Assembly: GCF_006345805.1 (NCBI RefSeq) | Contig: NC_043011.1 | Coordinates: forward strand, 5,580,001 to 5,644,000 | Length of the DNA: 64,000 nucleotides | Direction of reading: 5' to 3' | Origin: Octopus sinensis | Lineage: Eukaryota | Notes under the pieces: generated by a model | Database searches by the model: none | The model's input: only the letters and a program-made list of their open reading frames with translations | What the model was told of the DNA's origin: nothing | Made by a program: the position numbers and the translations under genes | Shown: positions 15,019-27,701 of the stretch, in pieces | How positions within the stretch are numbered: the stretch's first letter is position 1 | Layout: every line of letters begins with the position of its first letter

Positions 15019-15153
15019 GGATTGATGGATGGATGCACACACACACACGCACACACACACACTCATGCACACACACACACACGCACACGCACACACACAC
15101 AGTGCAGTACAGTACTTACTGTCACTCGCGTGTATGTATGGCTTTCTAATAAC

Positions 15154-15292
15154 CCTTTCTACTATTTAAGCACAAGGGCCTGAAATTTTGGGGGAGGGAA
15201 AAATCGATTCCATCGACCCCCCCCCCAGTACTTGACTGGTACTTAATTTATCGAACCCGAAAGGATGCAAGGCAAAGTCGACTTCGGCGAAT
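15154..15292 (-). mobile_element. SINE family 2, partial
   Basis: gcacaagg..aaatttt..cgacccc..ctggtacttaatttatcga..cgaaaggatg..aaggcaaagtcgac matches other copies in the window. Confidence 0.75.
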
Positions 15293-15661
15293 GTGTACCC
15301 TGCTTTCACTAATTGTTTCAGGTGTCTATGTAATCGCGTCGAGCGAACATTGACAGCGTCTTGGCCTATTGACCTTCGACCCATTGAAATAGCCAGTGGA
15401 CGTGACAGCTGGAGAGGACGAAAGGAGAGAGATAATGAGAGGGGGGGAGAAAGAGAGGACAAAAGAGAGAGAGCGAGAAAGAGAAAGAGTGAAAGAGGGG
15501 GAGAGAGAGAGAGTTGCATCAGTAACTAGCCATTATTAATTTTCATTTGAACAAACTAGGGCAATGTGAAATAGAGTGTCTTGCTTAAGGTTACAATGCG
15601 TCGACCTGTCATTGAATTGAACCCTCCTTCATGAACCAAACACCAATCGCAATGTCACGTT

Positions 15662-15947
15662 TGGAAACATGGGTGTTTTGTTCATCATCCTTAAACAACC
15701 CTTATTCAGGGTCCTTTTGAGCAGGATGGGCTACTCGACCTTGAGAAAATTCTAACAGGGCCTCAACTGTAAGGTCATATGCTGTTAATCTTGATATGAG
15801 ATCACCATGTCGAGCACATATGGTTGTGATGTATGTGCCTGGTGTACCCTTATCAGACGGGTAGACATGATAAGTACACTGGGTTTTGTATATTTGTACC
15901 CCAATGTCACTTTGATGGCATGTGCTGATCTCTCACTCAATAATGAT
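15662..15947 (+). repeat. Copy of the (TAA)n-ending interspersed repeat
   Basis: Similar to 292-566. Confidence 0.75.
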
Positions 15948-15959
15948 AATACAATTCTC

Positions 15960-16230
15960 TTAAGTTCGAAACAGCCTGCTATAGAAAATGAAGAAGGTGA
16001 GATGGTGCCAATTATTGTTGGTTCCTTGGGGACAGTATCAGAAGGCATCAAGAGGAATATCAAGGAAATTGGAAAAGAGTACCCAGAAGAACTGTTACAA
16101 AAGTTTTGCCCCCTTGGCACGGCCAGAATAGCCAGGGAAGTATTAGCTGAAAAGACCGGATAGTATGGTACCGTAGGCTGCAGGTAGTAAACCCGCTACG
16201 CATGCAAGTTCAACAAAACCTGTGATAAAA
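15960..16230 (+). mobile_element. R4/Dong-like LINE 3' end
   Basis: VPIIVGSLGTV..LLQK..LGTARIAREVL is an RLE C-terminal motif; a short UTR is followed by (TAA)n at 16231-16350. Confidence 0.75.
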
Positions 16231-16244
16231 TAATAATAATAATA

Positions 16245-16304
<60 letters not shown>

Positions 16305-16353
16305 TAATAATAATGATAATAATAATAATTATGATAATTATAATAATAATAAA

Positions 16354-16471
16354 GTTGCGTAAAGTACTGTCTGTCTGAGGTCCTTGTTGTGACTTGACAA
16401 ACCGTACAAATCCCCGGTAGATACAATATTTTCAATCAACAACCTCACGATATTGTATACTGTGCAATGTC

Positions 16472-16502
<31 letters not shown>

Positions 16503-16895
16503 GGCACAAGGTAGAGAAATGAAAGACAAGGCCATCACTGAAGTGCCTCGAACTTCTCTTGAAGTCAAAATTCAATGCAAGGAACCTTGTGTCTGCCATC
16601 AATGTATGTGTTGTTGCTGTAAACAAATAAAGATTGCTCCTGTTGTCATCAGAGCGTTGGGTTCAATACAACACAACCCGAAGAAACATCTGGACACTTT
16701 AGAAATACCCTACAATCTTAGTATATTACAAAAATCGGCCTTACTTCGAACTTCCACGCATACTGCGTAAAGAACTGTCTGTCTGAGGTATTTTTTGTGA
16801 TTTGACTGACAATATAAATCCCCCCGGCACACAAAAAGTCTTCAATCTACAACATCACAATACTGGATACTGTGCGATGTCTTCAATAATAATAA
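16354..16895 (+). mobile_element. Two truncated 3' ends of a second R4/Dong-like family separated by (TAA)n
   Basis: 16354-16473 and 16503-16895 share ctgtctgtctgaggt..tgtgc(a/g)atgtct; translation APVVIRALGSI..LQKSALL; each copy ends in (TAA)n. Confidence 0.75.
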
Positions 16896-17034
16896 CGAAA
16901 AATATTGAATATATGTAAGTTGGGATCTTAATATAGGGAGTCCCATCGATCTGTATTTGGGAGAAAACAGAATCGCTTTATTTTCTTGATGACTATTTAA
17001 CTGTTTCTTTATTACCCAAAAGGGGATAAACATA

Positions 17035-17216
17035 GAGGGAACAAACAAGAACAGACAAACGGATTAAGTCGATTATATCGACCCCAGTGCATAACTGGTA
17101 CTTATTTAATCGACCCCGAAAGGATGAAAGGCAAAGTCGACCTCGGCGGAATTTGAACTCAGAACGTAACCGCAGACAAAATACGGCATGCTAACGATTC
17201 CGCCAGCTCGTCGCCT
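17035..17216 (-). mobile_element. SINE family 2 (tRNA-like head + conserved core)
   Basis: Minus strand ggcg..gagctggcggaatcgttagc..ctgagttcaaattccgccgaggtcgactttgcctttcatcctttcggggtcg; many copies in the window. Confidence 0.85.
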
Positions 17217-17736
17217 TTTGATGGCTATTTAACATTAAGCTATTGTGTACGTATTCAAATTTAGAATGCTTATCCCAAGAATTCACATGCAAATCTACCC
17301 AACCCTGCTCGAATGGAGAAATAATGCATGCACGTAAATAACTTTCTTTACACTGTGTAGCCTTGTGCTTTAGCTTCCTTAATAAGAACTGGAATAATCT
17401 GGTTTATGATTTTTCCCAGAAAACAATTATAAATCAAATCATTTCCGCTAATTCCGTGAATCTGAAAGTCAGACGACAGAAATACATTCTGAAAATAACA
17501 AAAAAACTTGGCAATGAATATTATTCGTGAGAACATTTCAACGACCAATGGAATTACACTAATAGCGAACTAAAATGCGATCACTGAACTAAACAGGATC
17601 TACTACTGAAAATATTACTGGGAAAATCTGTTTATGAACAACCAAAAGTCTTTAGTCCTGCGTATTACATTGTCCAATGTGTTCTTCTTTTCAATACAGT
17701 AAAGTATGATTTGGGAAAGATTTAACTGCTATTTCT

Positions 17737-18044
17737 AGTGGTTAGGGTGTTCAGATCGGGATTGTAAGGTTGTGAGTTCGATTCCCAGCGGCGCGTTGTG
17801 TCCTTAAGCAAGATGTTTTATTTTACCTTGCTCCTGTTCACTCAGCTGGCAAAAATGTGTTGTACTTGTATTTCAAAGGACCAGACTTAATCACATTCTT
17901 GTGTCACGCTGAATCTTCCCGAGAACCATGTGAAGACTACGCATGTCTGTGGAGTGCTCAGCCACCTGCACGCTAATTTCACGAGCAGGCTGTTCCGTTG
18001 ATTGGATCAACTAGAACCCTCATGGTCGTAACCGACGGAGTGCC
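17737..18044 (+). mobile_element. SINE family 3 (tRNA-derived)
   Basis: A-box gtggttag, B-box gagttcgattc, tail gtctgtggagtgctcagccac..gtaaccgacggagtgcc; related copies at ~28590-28790, 40540-40806 and 53747-54030. Confidence 0.8.
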
Positions 18045-18727
18045 ATAATCACAGGAAAATTCTACTGGAGAAGTCCTGATGGTGTTGATGTTGGGTCCCA
18101 AGACAACCGCTGTCAATAATTATTAATTTTGGTGTTATTGTATAGCTCCAAGACAGTTCTGTTTGCTCAGATATATGGCACACTGGTAGTTGCCGTTGAA
18201 TAGCCCCGGGACAGCTCATGCTGGAGCAGTCGTATAACACACACAACGATCACAAATCAGACTTTCTTATCATACCATGGACTCCTTAAATTCATAATCG
18301 AATCTTCGGGGTCCCATCTTGACATACAACCTCTCACGACCATTTCGGACCTGGTTGAGCCCATCCCTCTCCACGTCTAACCTGAACGGAAAAATGAAAA
18401 ACAAAGTTGACCTCGGCGTTTCGTACTTTATCACTTATATATATATTTATAAAAAAGAAGTTTGGAAACGCCACTATATAAGATAAATTTTAATTTTCTT
18501 AGAAATTTTTCTCGTACATTTCAGAGGATGTTTGCTTCGTTTCGGTTTCTTCATTATTTTTTGTAGAAGGACGAGGTGTTGAGTTGAGTTTGTTTAAGAC
18601 TGCTATTAGGCTTGAGTTTATGCTCTTCAATTCTTTTAGTATCTCTTCATTTATCGAGATGATGTTATTGGTGTCTGTTTTAGTAGGCATTTTCGGGAGC
18701 TCGTGCGTGATATGATATTTACATATG

Positions 18728-18786
<59 letters not shown>

Positions 18787-19074
18787 AGACAAGATAGAAA
18801 ATACTAAAATAATTTTAATCGTGAAATACATTTTGTACTGGTTTCAGTCTTTTCGGCATTTTTCAGTTAAGAGTAAAACAGGAAAAGCAATTAAATTGAC
18901 GAAAAAATTAAATGAAATGGTTTGAAAATATTTCCATAGTCTTCAAACAGGTAGGGCAGTTTCCTTGAAGAAGAAGAAGAAGAAGAAAAGAAGAAGAAGA
19001 AGAAGAGAGTGGTAGTAGAAGAAGGGAGGCCCAGTAGTAGTGGTTGTTCGTGGAATCTTCTTTAATGGTCAAGT

Positions 19075-20375
19075 GACCTAAAAGATGATCCAAAAGAACA
19101 ACAAAGCAGATATATTAGAAAAAATGGCTTAATCTGCCACCATTAATTCACTCCCGCATACTCCAGATCAGAGCCATTATAGATGGACATCTGGCACAAA
19201 GACACCTCAGGGAAAGAATGGCACCGGAAAAAAATGAAGATGGAAATAGAACTTCTAAAAGACGAATGAAGATAAAGTTAAATCGATCGATGAAGAAGTC
19301 AACCAAGAAATTAACAAAATAACTCAAGGCCCCAACCTAAAGAAAATCTCAAAATTATGGAAAGAGGATTGCGTCAAAGAACCGAAATCCCTCCAAGGCT
19401 GGGGAAAAAACGCCACTTGGTTTTCAAACTATGAAACTGCCCTTGCAAACACCCTTTCCTAAAAATAAGGAAATCAAAATAACACTCAAACACAGGCTCA
19501 CACCTATCTAAAAAACAGAACCATTCCCCCTACCAAAAGAAGATTACAAGACTTTACCCTAACTTCATAAGCCACCCGCGAAACAACATTACTATATTTA
19601 CTTGTTTCAGTCATTTGACTGCGGCCATGCTGGAGCACCGCCTTTAGTCGAGCAAATATATATATATATATATATACAACAGGCTTCTTTCAGTTTCCGT
19701 CTACCAAATCCACTCACAAGGCATTGGTCGGCCCGGGGCTATAGCAGAGGACACTTGCCCAAGATGCCACGCAGTGGGACTGAACCCGGAACCATGTGGT
19801 TGGTTAACAAGCTACTTACCACACAGCCACTCCCGACAACAAAGAAATAAAAAATCACTACCCACAAGGTAGACATTACAGCCTCCCTCCATAAGGAGAT
19901 ACCAATGTAATTTTTATTCCAACAATCCACCTAACGACCACGCACAACAAACCCATACCACACGAAATAATTACCAATGATGGCCCTCTAAAGCACTACA
20001 TCCTAAAAGGGAATATGGGGACACACTTTTCAATCCCCATCCAAAAATCCGCACCATAAATCACAACAACAAGGCACTATACAACAACAGGGGACAATTA
20101 CATAATAGCTACCGTCCCAGTCACCTCAACCGTTTTTTTGGACCCAGTACACAGACACAGGGATACGAGATAGCACCAGACAGGAGAAGTCAAAAATGAT
20201 AAAAGTCATTACTCTAACTCACAAAGAACTAGCATCAAACCAGAACAGCATACTCTCCAAAGGGCTCAAATTTACATCCATCCCACCAACGCCCCAACTA
20301 CTACGAAATGGAAGAAGCCATTGCGGAATTCAGTAGAAAATTACGACTCACCGAGGTACTTTGCTACAGATACAA
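19075..20375 (+). mobile_element. Penelope-like element fragment, interrupted by a SINE
   Basis: NSILSKGLKFT..P..EEAIAEFSRKLRLTE (~20230-20370) resembles the region N-terminal to PLE RT; KMEIELLK..KLWKEDC lies upstream. Confidence 0.55.
19597..19835 (-). mobile_element. SINE family 1, internally deleted
   Basis: Head gtggctgtgtggtaagtagcttg..gggttcagtcccactgcgtggc and tail gctccagcatggccgcagtcaaatgactgaaacaag, with an internal (TA)n. Confidence 0.85.
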
Positions 20376-20379
20376 CCTT

Positions 20380-20420
20380 GTGAGTGGATTTGGTAGACAG
20401 GAACTGAAAGAAGCCTGTCG

Positions 20421-20475
<55 letters not shown>

Positions 20476-20660
20476 GTGTTTATCTCCTCACCATCACTTG
20501 ACAACCGACGCTGGTGTGTTTACGTTCCCGTAATTTAGCTGTTCCGCAAAAGAGACCCGTAGAATAAGTACTAGGCTTACAAAGAATAAGTCCTGGAGGT
20601 CGATTTGTTCGACTAAAGACGGTGCTCCAGCATGACCGCAGTCAAATGACTGAAACAGTT
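20380..20660 (+). mobile_element. SINE family 1, 5'-truncated
   Basis: gtggatttggtaga..(TG)n..gacaaccga..gcaaaagagac..tagaataagtact. Confidence 0.85.
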
Positions 20661-20961
20661 AAAGTTGAGACCGCTACAACGCAGAAAATTTCTGTCTCAC
20701 TATTGGCTAAAAATACATAGTTTTTTCGATTTCTAAATATTTGTAACTTTATCCTCAATTTGTTCTCCACAGTATCATGGCTTCACAGCAGTAAGAGTGG
20801 AAAACTACATCAATATAACCGATTTTCAGATTTTTTACATCCTTCTAAAAAAAAATGCAGATTCTGTGAATCAATTTAACTAGATCCCATATATGTGTGT
20901 CTGTGTATGTATATATGTACACACACGCAACACACGCACACACACACACACACACACACAC

Positions 20962-20994
<33 letters not shown>

Positions 20995-21009
20995 TATATA
21001 TATATATAT

Positions 21010-21907
21010 ATATATAATGTAGTATATAAAATTTAGAACACACAAACACACGTGTGTGTGGTGTGTGTGTGTGTTTGATATTATGTATATTGTTCGCCAT
21101 TGTTGTATTCGTTGACCGAACGCGGCACTCTTAGTATGTTTGTAAGCCATTTTTCATTTCTTTTATATGCTTCTATGAGTGTTGAAATCTTTATGAAAAC
21201 ATCGGTTTGACACCGAGTTTATTTTTGTTATTTTTGTTACTTTTGTAAAATCATTTCTAGGGTGGAGTTTCAGTTTTTTATACTCAGTTCTTTTTTTATA
21301 ATTACCAGAAACGATTTGAGGAAGGGCCTGAAGACTTAGAACCCCAGCGACTATTCTTCGAGGAATAGCAGGCACAGGAAATGGATGGATGAATTACTGC
21401 TCTAATCCTTTTATTCTTTAGCCTTTTGTTTCTTTTTTTTCTATCCCTTTTACTGCTATGATTGCACGCTTGATATCATAGACTTGAAGGAATTTATGTT
21501 ATGAAAAAATATAAGAATTATATTGAAATATATGTATGGTCATTTTATTCTTTCGTAATGATTTCCCAACATAAGAAAATAAAATTAGAAGCTATTATCT
21601 CCCCGTAAATAGCAATTTCCAGCAATTCCACTGCATATTTGGTTGTTACGTGCAATTGTTGTTTTTAAAGAATATATTCTTTTATTCTTTTATTCTTTTA
21701 CTTGTTTCAGTCATTTGACTGCGGCCATGCTGGAGCACCGCCTTTTAGTCAAAGAAATCGACTCCATGACTTATTCTTTGTAAGCCTAGTACTTATTCTA
21801 TCATTCTATTTTGCCGAACCGCTAAGTTACGGAGACGTAAACACGCTAACATCGGTTGTCAAGTGATGGTAATGTAGAGGAACAATCACACACACACACA
21901 CACACAC

Positions 21908-21999
<92 letters not shown>

Positions 22000-22890
22000 G
22001 TAGTATATAAAATTTAGAACACACAAACACACGTGTGTGTGTGTGTGTGTGTGTGTTTGATATTATGTATATTGTTCGCCATTGTTGTATTCGTTGACCG
22101 AACGCGGCACTCTTAGTATGTTTGTAAGCCATTTTTCATTTCTTTATATGCTTCTATGAGTGTTGAAATCTTTATGAAAACATCGGTTTGACACCGAGTT
22201 TATTTTTGTTATTTTTGTTACTTTTGTAAAATCATTTCTAGGGTGGAGTTTCAGTTTTTTATACTCAGTTCTTTTTTTATAATTACCAGAAACGATTTGA
22301 GGAAGGGCCTGAAGACTTAGAACCCCAGCGACTATTCTTCGAGGAATAGCAGGCACAGGAAATGGATGGATGAATTACTGCTCTAATCCTTTTATTCTTT
22401 AGCCTTTTGTTTCTTTTTTTTCTATCCCTTTTACTGCTATGATTGCACGCTTGATATCATAGACTTGAAGGAATTTATGTTATGAAAAAATATAAGAATT
22501 ATATTGAAATATATGTATGGTCATTTTATTCTTTCGTAATGATTTCCCAACATAAGAAAATAAAATTAGAAGCTATTATCTCCCCGTAAATAGCAATTTC
22601 CAGCAATTCCACTGCATATTTGGTTGTTACGTGCAATTGTTGTTTTTAAAGAATATATTCTTTTATTCTTTTATTCTTTTACTTGTTTCAGTCATTTGAC
22701 TGCGGCCATGCTGGAGCACCGCTTTTAGTCAAAGAAATCGACTCCATGACTTATTCTTTGTAAGCCTAGTACTTATTCTATCATTCTATTTTGCCGAACC
22801 GCTAAGTTACGGAGACGTAAACACGCTAACATCGGTTGTCAAGTGATGGTAATGTAGAGGAACAATCACACACACACACACACACACACA

Positions 22891-22959
<69 letters not shown>

Positions 22960-22960
22960 A
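21010..22960. repeat. Near-perfect tandem duplication, period ~981 bp
   Basis: ORFs 21163-21375 and 22144-22356 translate identically at offset 981; breakpoints fall in (CA)n(TA)n tracts. Confidence 0.92.
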
Positions 22961-23350
22961 TATATTTTACTGTTTATATGTTTGTACTGTCGTTACCGTC
23001 TTGCTTTTTTTTTACCCCTCTGCGAAAAGATCTCAGAATTTTAATTGATTTGCTTTTCGCGGGAAGGAATTTTTCTTCGAAGTATACGTCTCGCTTTTAT
23101 CCTTCGAAACGTTTAGTAGATGAAATCTTAGCGACTGAAGAAGGGGATTTTTCGTTGTGCTTATTGTCCTGTATCTCTCCTTTTTTTTTTTTTTTTGCTT
23201 GTCTTGTTCCTTGGTTTGTGTCTATGTGTTTCGTCTCTCTATGTGTTCGACGTCTTTTTGGTGTCCTGTACACATATATGCGTGTATATGTACATGTAGA
23301 GGTAGGTACGTACATATATGTTTATATATATGCATATGTTCTATTTTATT

Positions 23351-23399
<49 letters not shown>

Positions 23400-25342
23400 T
23401 AAAGTAACAAACTAAAGAAAATTTCTTCAAGGGTTAAAACATCCAATTCAATGGTCCGTCAGTTGAATACCACATAAATAGGAGTATAATTCAAATTACG
23501 AACAATAAATTAAATAGAGAGATACAACTGACAATCCAATAATTTATTTCTGTTATAATATAACATAATATACAATGAATATAATAAAAGATAAGATAAC
23601 ATAAACAATTATTAAAAACCAAAGAAACCAACAATTTGTTTCGACTTGTACACATCTTTTGATATATAATCAATTCAATTCCCTTATATAAACCTCATCA
23701 GAGCCAATGGTTTGAAGACAGACGAAAATCCATGTGAAAGGACGGCTGGATTGTAAAAGAAGATTAATTCAAATGCCTATGTATTATGAGCGTGAACATT
23801 AGCCGTTCAACAACAAAATTATAACGGACAAAATAATTAAGTAGAATCTACAACTATCGAAGTATATTTCTATATATCTCAAATACGTTTATGCCGAAGA
23901 CAATCTTTCGCTCTTATAATGACATACAACAATAACATACAGGTCCATTATTAAATATTAGAGTCTTACTTAATCTAGAAACTAATAAAACGTGTAAAAA
24001 AAAAACATAAAGGATAATCTTATTTTTAATATATAAGGACTCTTCTATTTATTTAAAGTTATTGATATAAACAAGATTGTTTAAAGTAACTAATAAAAAA
24101 AGTTCTTTATTTATTGTTTATCGGAGGGAGATTTCCGTAATAAATATGAACAGAAACCTGACGAAAATCTTCTTGGTTTACTTAATTTGTCGTAGGGGCA
24201 ATTCCGTAATAATGAAGATAAGTTTAGAGCTACAAGCATTATTACATAAATAGATATAGAGTTAGGCTATAATAACGGATATCAAAATATAACTAGTCTT
24301 TTTTTTTAGAAGTAACCAGATTTTTTCCTGTGGTACGTTTACGCTGATGTGTTTGAGGTTTTCATTTCCAGTGGCAGCAATTTTATTTATTTTATTTTTG
24401 CTGGTAATTTTCTTCAATGATCAATGTCTAAACATCACTAAATCTCTAGCAAGGTTTACGATTGCGGCTGTTAGTGACTCTGTTGAAGAAGAATTTACAG
24501 AGATTTACTACGCGGAAAGAATTGAATTCCTGCTGCCTTCTCCAGTCTTATAGGAAATATGGTTGCAGATCAAACTGACTAAACATTCGTTCAGCATCCA
24601 GTGCACCTACTGTTTAAACAACCTTGCAATCAGACTAAATAGATCATAGGATTGATTCGAGGCACTTTCTGGGGGTTCGGTGCCTCCATGTATGGATGGG
24701 GTGAATTATGGAACAGTGTAGGGTAGGTGAGGGGAGCAAATGTTTGACTATTTCATGCAGATTAAAAGGTGGATCGATATTTGGACAATCAACATTCACT
24801 TGTTACTATATTTAGATTACTGGGATGAGGGGAAGAATGGAAGGGTGGCGTAGAAGATCAGCAACAACAACAACAACAACAACACCCAAATGATGAAGGA
24901 GAGATTGAATAAGACTGATATTAAGCATTTACATTGTTAGGTAGGAGCGGAGAGCCGAGTGCTTGTTTTTCTTTATGTCCTGGGAACTATAGTCATTGAC
25001 GGAATGCAATAGCGTAACGAACGAAAGCATATTTTGCTGTCATCGCAAACACACACACACACACCTTACACACACACACCTTACACACACACACCTTCAA
25101 CACAAAGAAATTAAAGGGAAGGACACAGGAGTATGAAGGGAGGAAGACGTGTTATAGCGGTAGATAAGAAGACACCTACATTATCGCATACATACGTGAT
25201 ATTTGAAGACATAAAGCGAATATTTTATTTCAACCGCCCAAATTACGTTTTATTTACGTAACCACCACCACTGGTTAAACAAGTCTATAAATAAATGGAC
25301 GGACACACACACACACACGTCGGTGTAAGTGATTTCTATTCC

Positions 25343-25380
25343 TATATAAGCAACTTGCGGGATTTTAAATGCTTCATTGA
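25343..25380 (+). promoter_or_regulatory. Candidate TATA box + initiator for glycosyltransferase gene 1
   Basis: TATATAAG at 25343-25350 and TCATT at 25374-25378, 33 nt from the TATA T to the Inr A. Sequence-only inference in AT-rich DNA. Confidence 0.35.
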
Positions 25381-25461
25381 AGAGAAAATACACAAAGCGT
25401 TGGAACTCTCTTTAAACCTTCCATTCAGATATTATTTTAAATGACTGCTGTGTAATGACAG

Positions 25462-25731
25462 GTAAAGACTGAAAGGACACGCTTGATTTTTACCTGTTTA
25501 TATTATTTATATACATATATATTTATATATTTATTTGTTAATTTATACATAAAGAAATACTTACTCAAAAAAGAAAAAAGAAATAACCTGTTGTTGAGAG
25601 GCTGGAGTAAAACAAGATTGAGAAAGAAAAGAAGTGTTAAAATAATTCAAGGAAGTATTTGTACATATTTTAAAAATCGAAAAAAAGACAGAAAAAAAAG
25701 CGCAGTAAAATATAATTAACTGAATTTACAG
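25462..25731 (+). other. Candidate 5' UTR intron of glycosyltransferase gene 1
   Basis: CAG|GTAAAG donor at 25461/25462; TTAAC..TTTACAG| acceptor ending at 25731, 5 nt before the ATG; weak pyrimidine tract. Confidence 0.35.
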
Positions 25732-25736
25732 GGTCA

Positions 25737-27701
25737 ATGGGAAAGCAAATATATTTGTATTTTTCTCTATGGATTACGCTGGCTCTTGCTGGACTGATTT
25801 TAAATATTTTCAATATTGACTGGCAGAAGACAAGCATACCACAAGGTATTATTCTTATCATTGTGCTTGGAATCCTGCAAGGTTCTGTTTACGAATTCCC
25901 AGTGCAGACGATCGCCACATTGATTGTCGGCGGCAAAAAGCGTGAAAATCCAACGGCTGAAGCCGACAACTTCACACTCGTTCTGAATTACAACTTATTA
26001 GCTGTCGCAGTTGAAGATATTGAAGAATGTTTCCAGACAATGTTTCAAGCATTCATGGGCAATTTATGTTTCAATGTATCTGCTGTTCTTGTCAGTGCAA
26101 CTTCGGAAGAAAATCTCAAAATACATGAACTAAATTGTCGTGATAAATACCGGAAGTTAATATACGATGAACTTTTCAAAGAAGGTGTCTGTTTCGCTAA
26201 TGGCTACTATGACGATATCAACCAAGACCGTTTTAAGAACGTATGGATGTATTACCAAATGTGTCCAAAAGATATTTTTATTAGTCAACACCTTGATTCA
26301 ATATGTGATCGATTTGCACGAGAATTTATGGTAATTCACCGCACCAGCAAAGTTTTACGTAAATGTGGACAATATCAAGATCTAATGTTGCTATCTGAGG
26401 GAGAATCTTTTGCTTATACATATACTGACACGAAATACTATGGAAAGATGGCCCGTCCTTATAACCAGCCCACCTTTTACTATTCAGCTGACGTGCAAAA
26501 TATATTTAACCGGCGATTTGATTACACCTTAGTATTGGATGCCGATACAGGGGTTCCCGATGGAACAGTAGAAAAGCTTCTCAGGATAGCTGCAGCAAAC
26601 CCAGAGAAAGGGATCATCCAACCATCTATAAAACTAAGTCGCGATGAAAACGATACCATTTACATGAGACTGGAAGCAATGAGACAAATGATCTACGAGC
26701 CAATGACAAATGCTGTCACAGCATTACTTGGTCAGTGTGGTTTCTTCGGAAAAGGGCTCATCAAAAACCGTATATACATCGAAAATATAATCGGGGATAG
26801 AGACAATCTAATCGAACGTGTTCCTATCGATGTTCTTAGTCACGACACATTTGAAGCAGCTTTACTCAAACCTTACTATGCCGGCTCAGTGTTCTTACTG
26901 GAAGCTCCCAGTTTTAATTACGTTACATGGAACATTCGAGAACGACGTTGGAATCGAGGTGAGGTTATATTATCCATGTACTTCTGGAAAAATACGATTG
27001 GTATAATTTTTAGGAGCTTACAGAAAGTTTTTCAAAGGGATAAGTTTAATAAGACAGTTCTGAGGACCGAAAGTAAACTTGATTTCGTTACGGCTTATAT
27101 TGCCCATTCGGCATTAAGACAGATGTTGATGAAACCTTTCTTACTTATATTTATTTGTTTACATGTTGGTGTAGAACTCAAGTTTTCAATTGCCCCAATC
27201 GCTATCATTATGTTCATGGTTCTTATCTTCCCTAAATTTGCTACGTGTACCAGATCAAACATTAAATATGTTATAATTGAAACGTTGACATCCATCTTAC
27301 AATTTACACCTGAAGCCATTGTTGGTTGCGTTCGCATCTTTCGTGCAATCCAAGCGAATATTTCCGCCAATTGTAAATGGATTCCACAAAGATCTGTCGA
27401 AGAAGAATTTAAAAACTGCAATCCTTTCCTCTCCAGTCTGAAACACTTATGGATGTACTCTTTATTGGCCGCTGTTGTTGCTCCGGTGGTAGTGATTTTT
27501 GCTCCAAGTTCAAATCTTATATTAAGTATGTTGATCACATTATTTCTTCTTCCGCTGTTTACTGGAGTAACGTCATTAAAAATGAATTTTCATTTCGGAT
27601 CCACTTCTTCGTTTGCGCCCAACGAACATCCTGACATTTGTGTAATTACTTCTCCCAAGATCTTCGGTTCTGGACAAAAATATAAAATTAATAATGTCTG
27701 A
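25737..27701 (+). CDS. Intronless membrane-bound GT-A glycosyltransferase, OpgH(MdoH)/Cgs(GT84)-like putative beta-1,2-glucan synthase, paralogue 1 (654 aa)
   Basis: Two N-terminal hydrophobic helices, then RKCG, YTLVLDADT (DAD 26538-26546), GIIQP, GFFGKGLI, VLSHDTFEAALL (SHD 26838-26846) and RERRWNRGE (26937-26951), followed by C-terminal hydrophobic helices. In-frame stop upstream at 25713-25715. CDS is near certain; the family call is from recalled motifs. Confidence 0.85.
   Translation: MGKQIYLYFSLWITLALAGLILNIFNIDWQKTSIPQGIILIIVLGILQGSVYEFPVQTIATLIVGGKKRENPTAEADNFTLVLNYNLLAVAVEDIEECFQTMFQAFMGNLCFNVSAVLVSATSEENLKIHELNCRDKYRKLIYDELFKEGVCFANGYYDDINQDRFKNVWMYYQMCPKDIFISQHLDSICDRFAREFMVIHRTSKVLRKCGQYQDLMLLSEGESFAYTYTDTKYYGKMARPYNQPTFYYSADVQNIFNRRFDYTLVLDADTGVPDGTVEKLLRIAAANPEKGIIQPSIKLSRDENDTIYMRLEAMRQMIYEPMTNAVTALLGQCGFFGKGLIKNRIYIENIIGDRDNLIERVPIDVLSHDTFEAALLKPYYAGSVFLLEAPSFNYVTWNIRERRWNRGEVILSMYFWKNTIGIIFRSLQKVFQRDKFNKTVLRTESKLDFVTAYIAHSALRQMLMKPFLLIFICLHVGVELKFSIAPIAIIMFMVLIFPKFATCTRSNIKYVIIETLTSILQFTPEAIVGCVRIFRAIQANISANCKWIPQRSVEEEFKNCNPFLSSLKHLWMYSLLAAVVAPVVVIFAPSSNLILSMLITLFLLPLFTGVTSLKMNFHFGSTSSFAPNEHPDICVITSPKIFGSGQKYKINNV

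Noticed and set aside
23095-23710. Additional hammerhead-like pieces (CTGAAGAAGGGG / CGAAACGTT at ~23105-23150; minus-strand CTGATGA..GAAAC at ~23637-23703; also ~18840-18880 and ~51820-51850)
   Set aside because: The core or stems do not close convincingly; at best these are degenerate PLE remnants.
27095-27538. Antisense ORFs over the GT genes (also 36333-36932, 26818-27006, 37021-37215)
   Set aside because: These are shadow frames of the real CDS; their similarity to each other only reflects the DNA identity of the paralogues.
25737-27701. Chitin, hyaluronan, cellulose or glucosylceramide synthase as the identity of the GT genes
   Set aside because: These use EDR/TED/AED-type acceptor motifs, and chitin, hyaluronan and cellulose synthases have QxxRW. 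Here the motifs are SHDxxE and RERRW with FxGKG, matching the OpgH/Cgs type.
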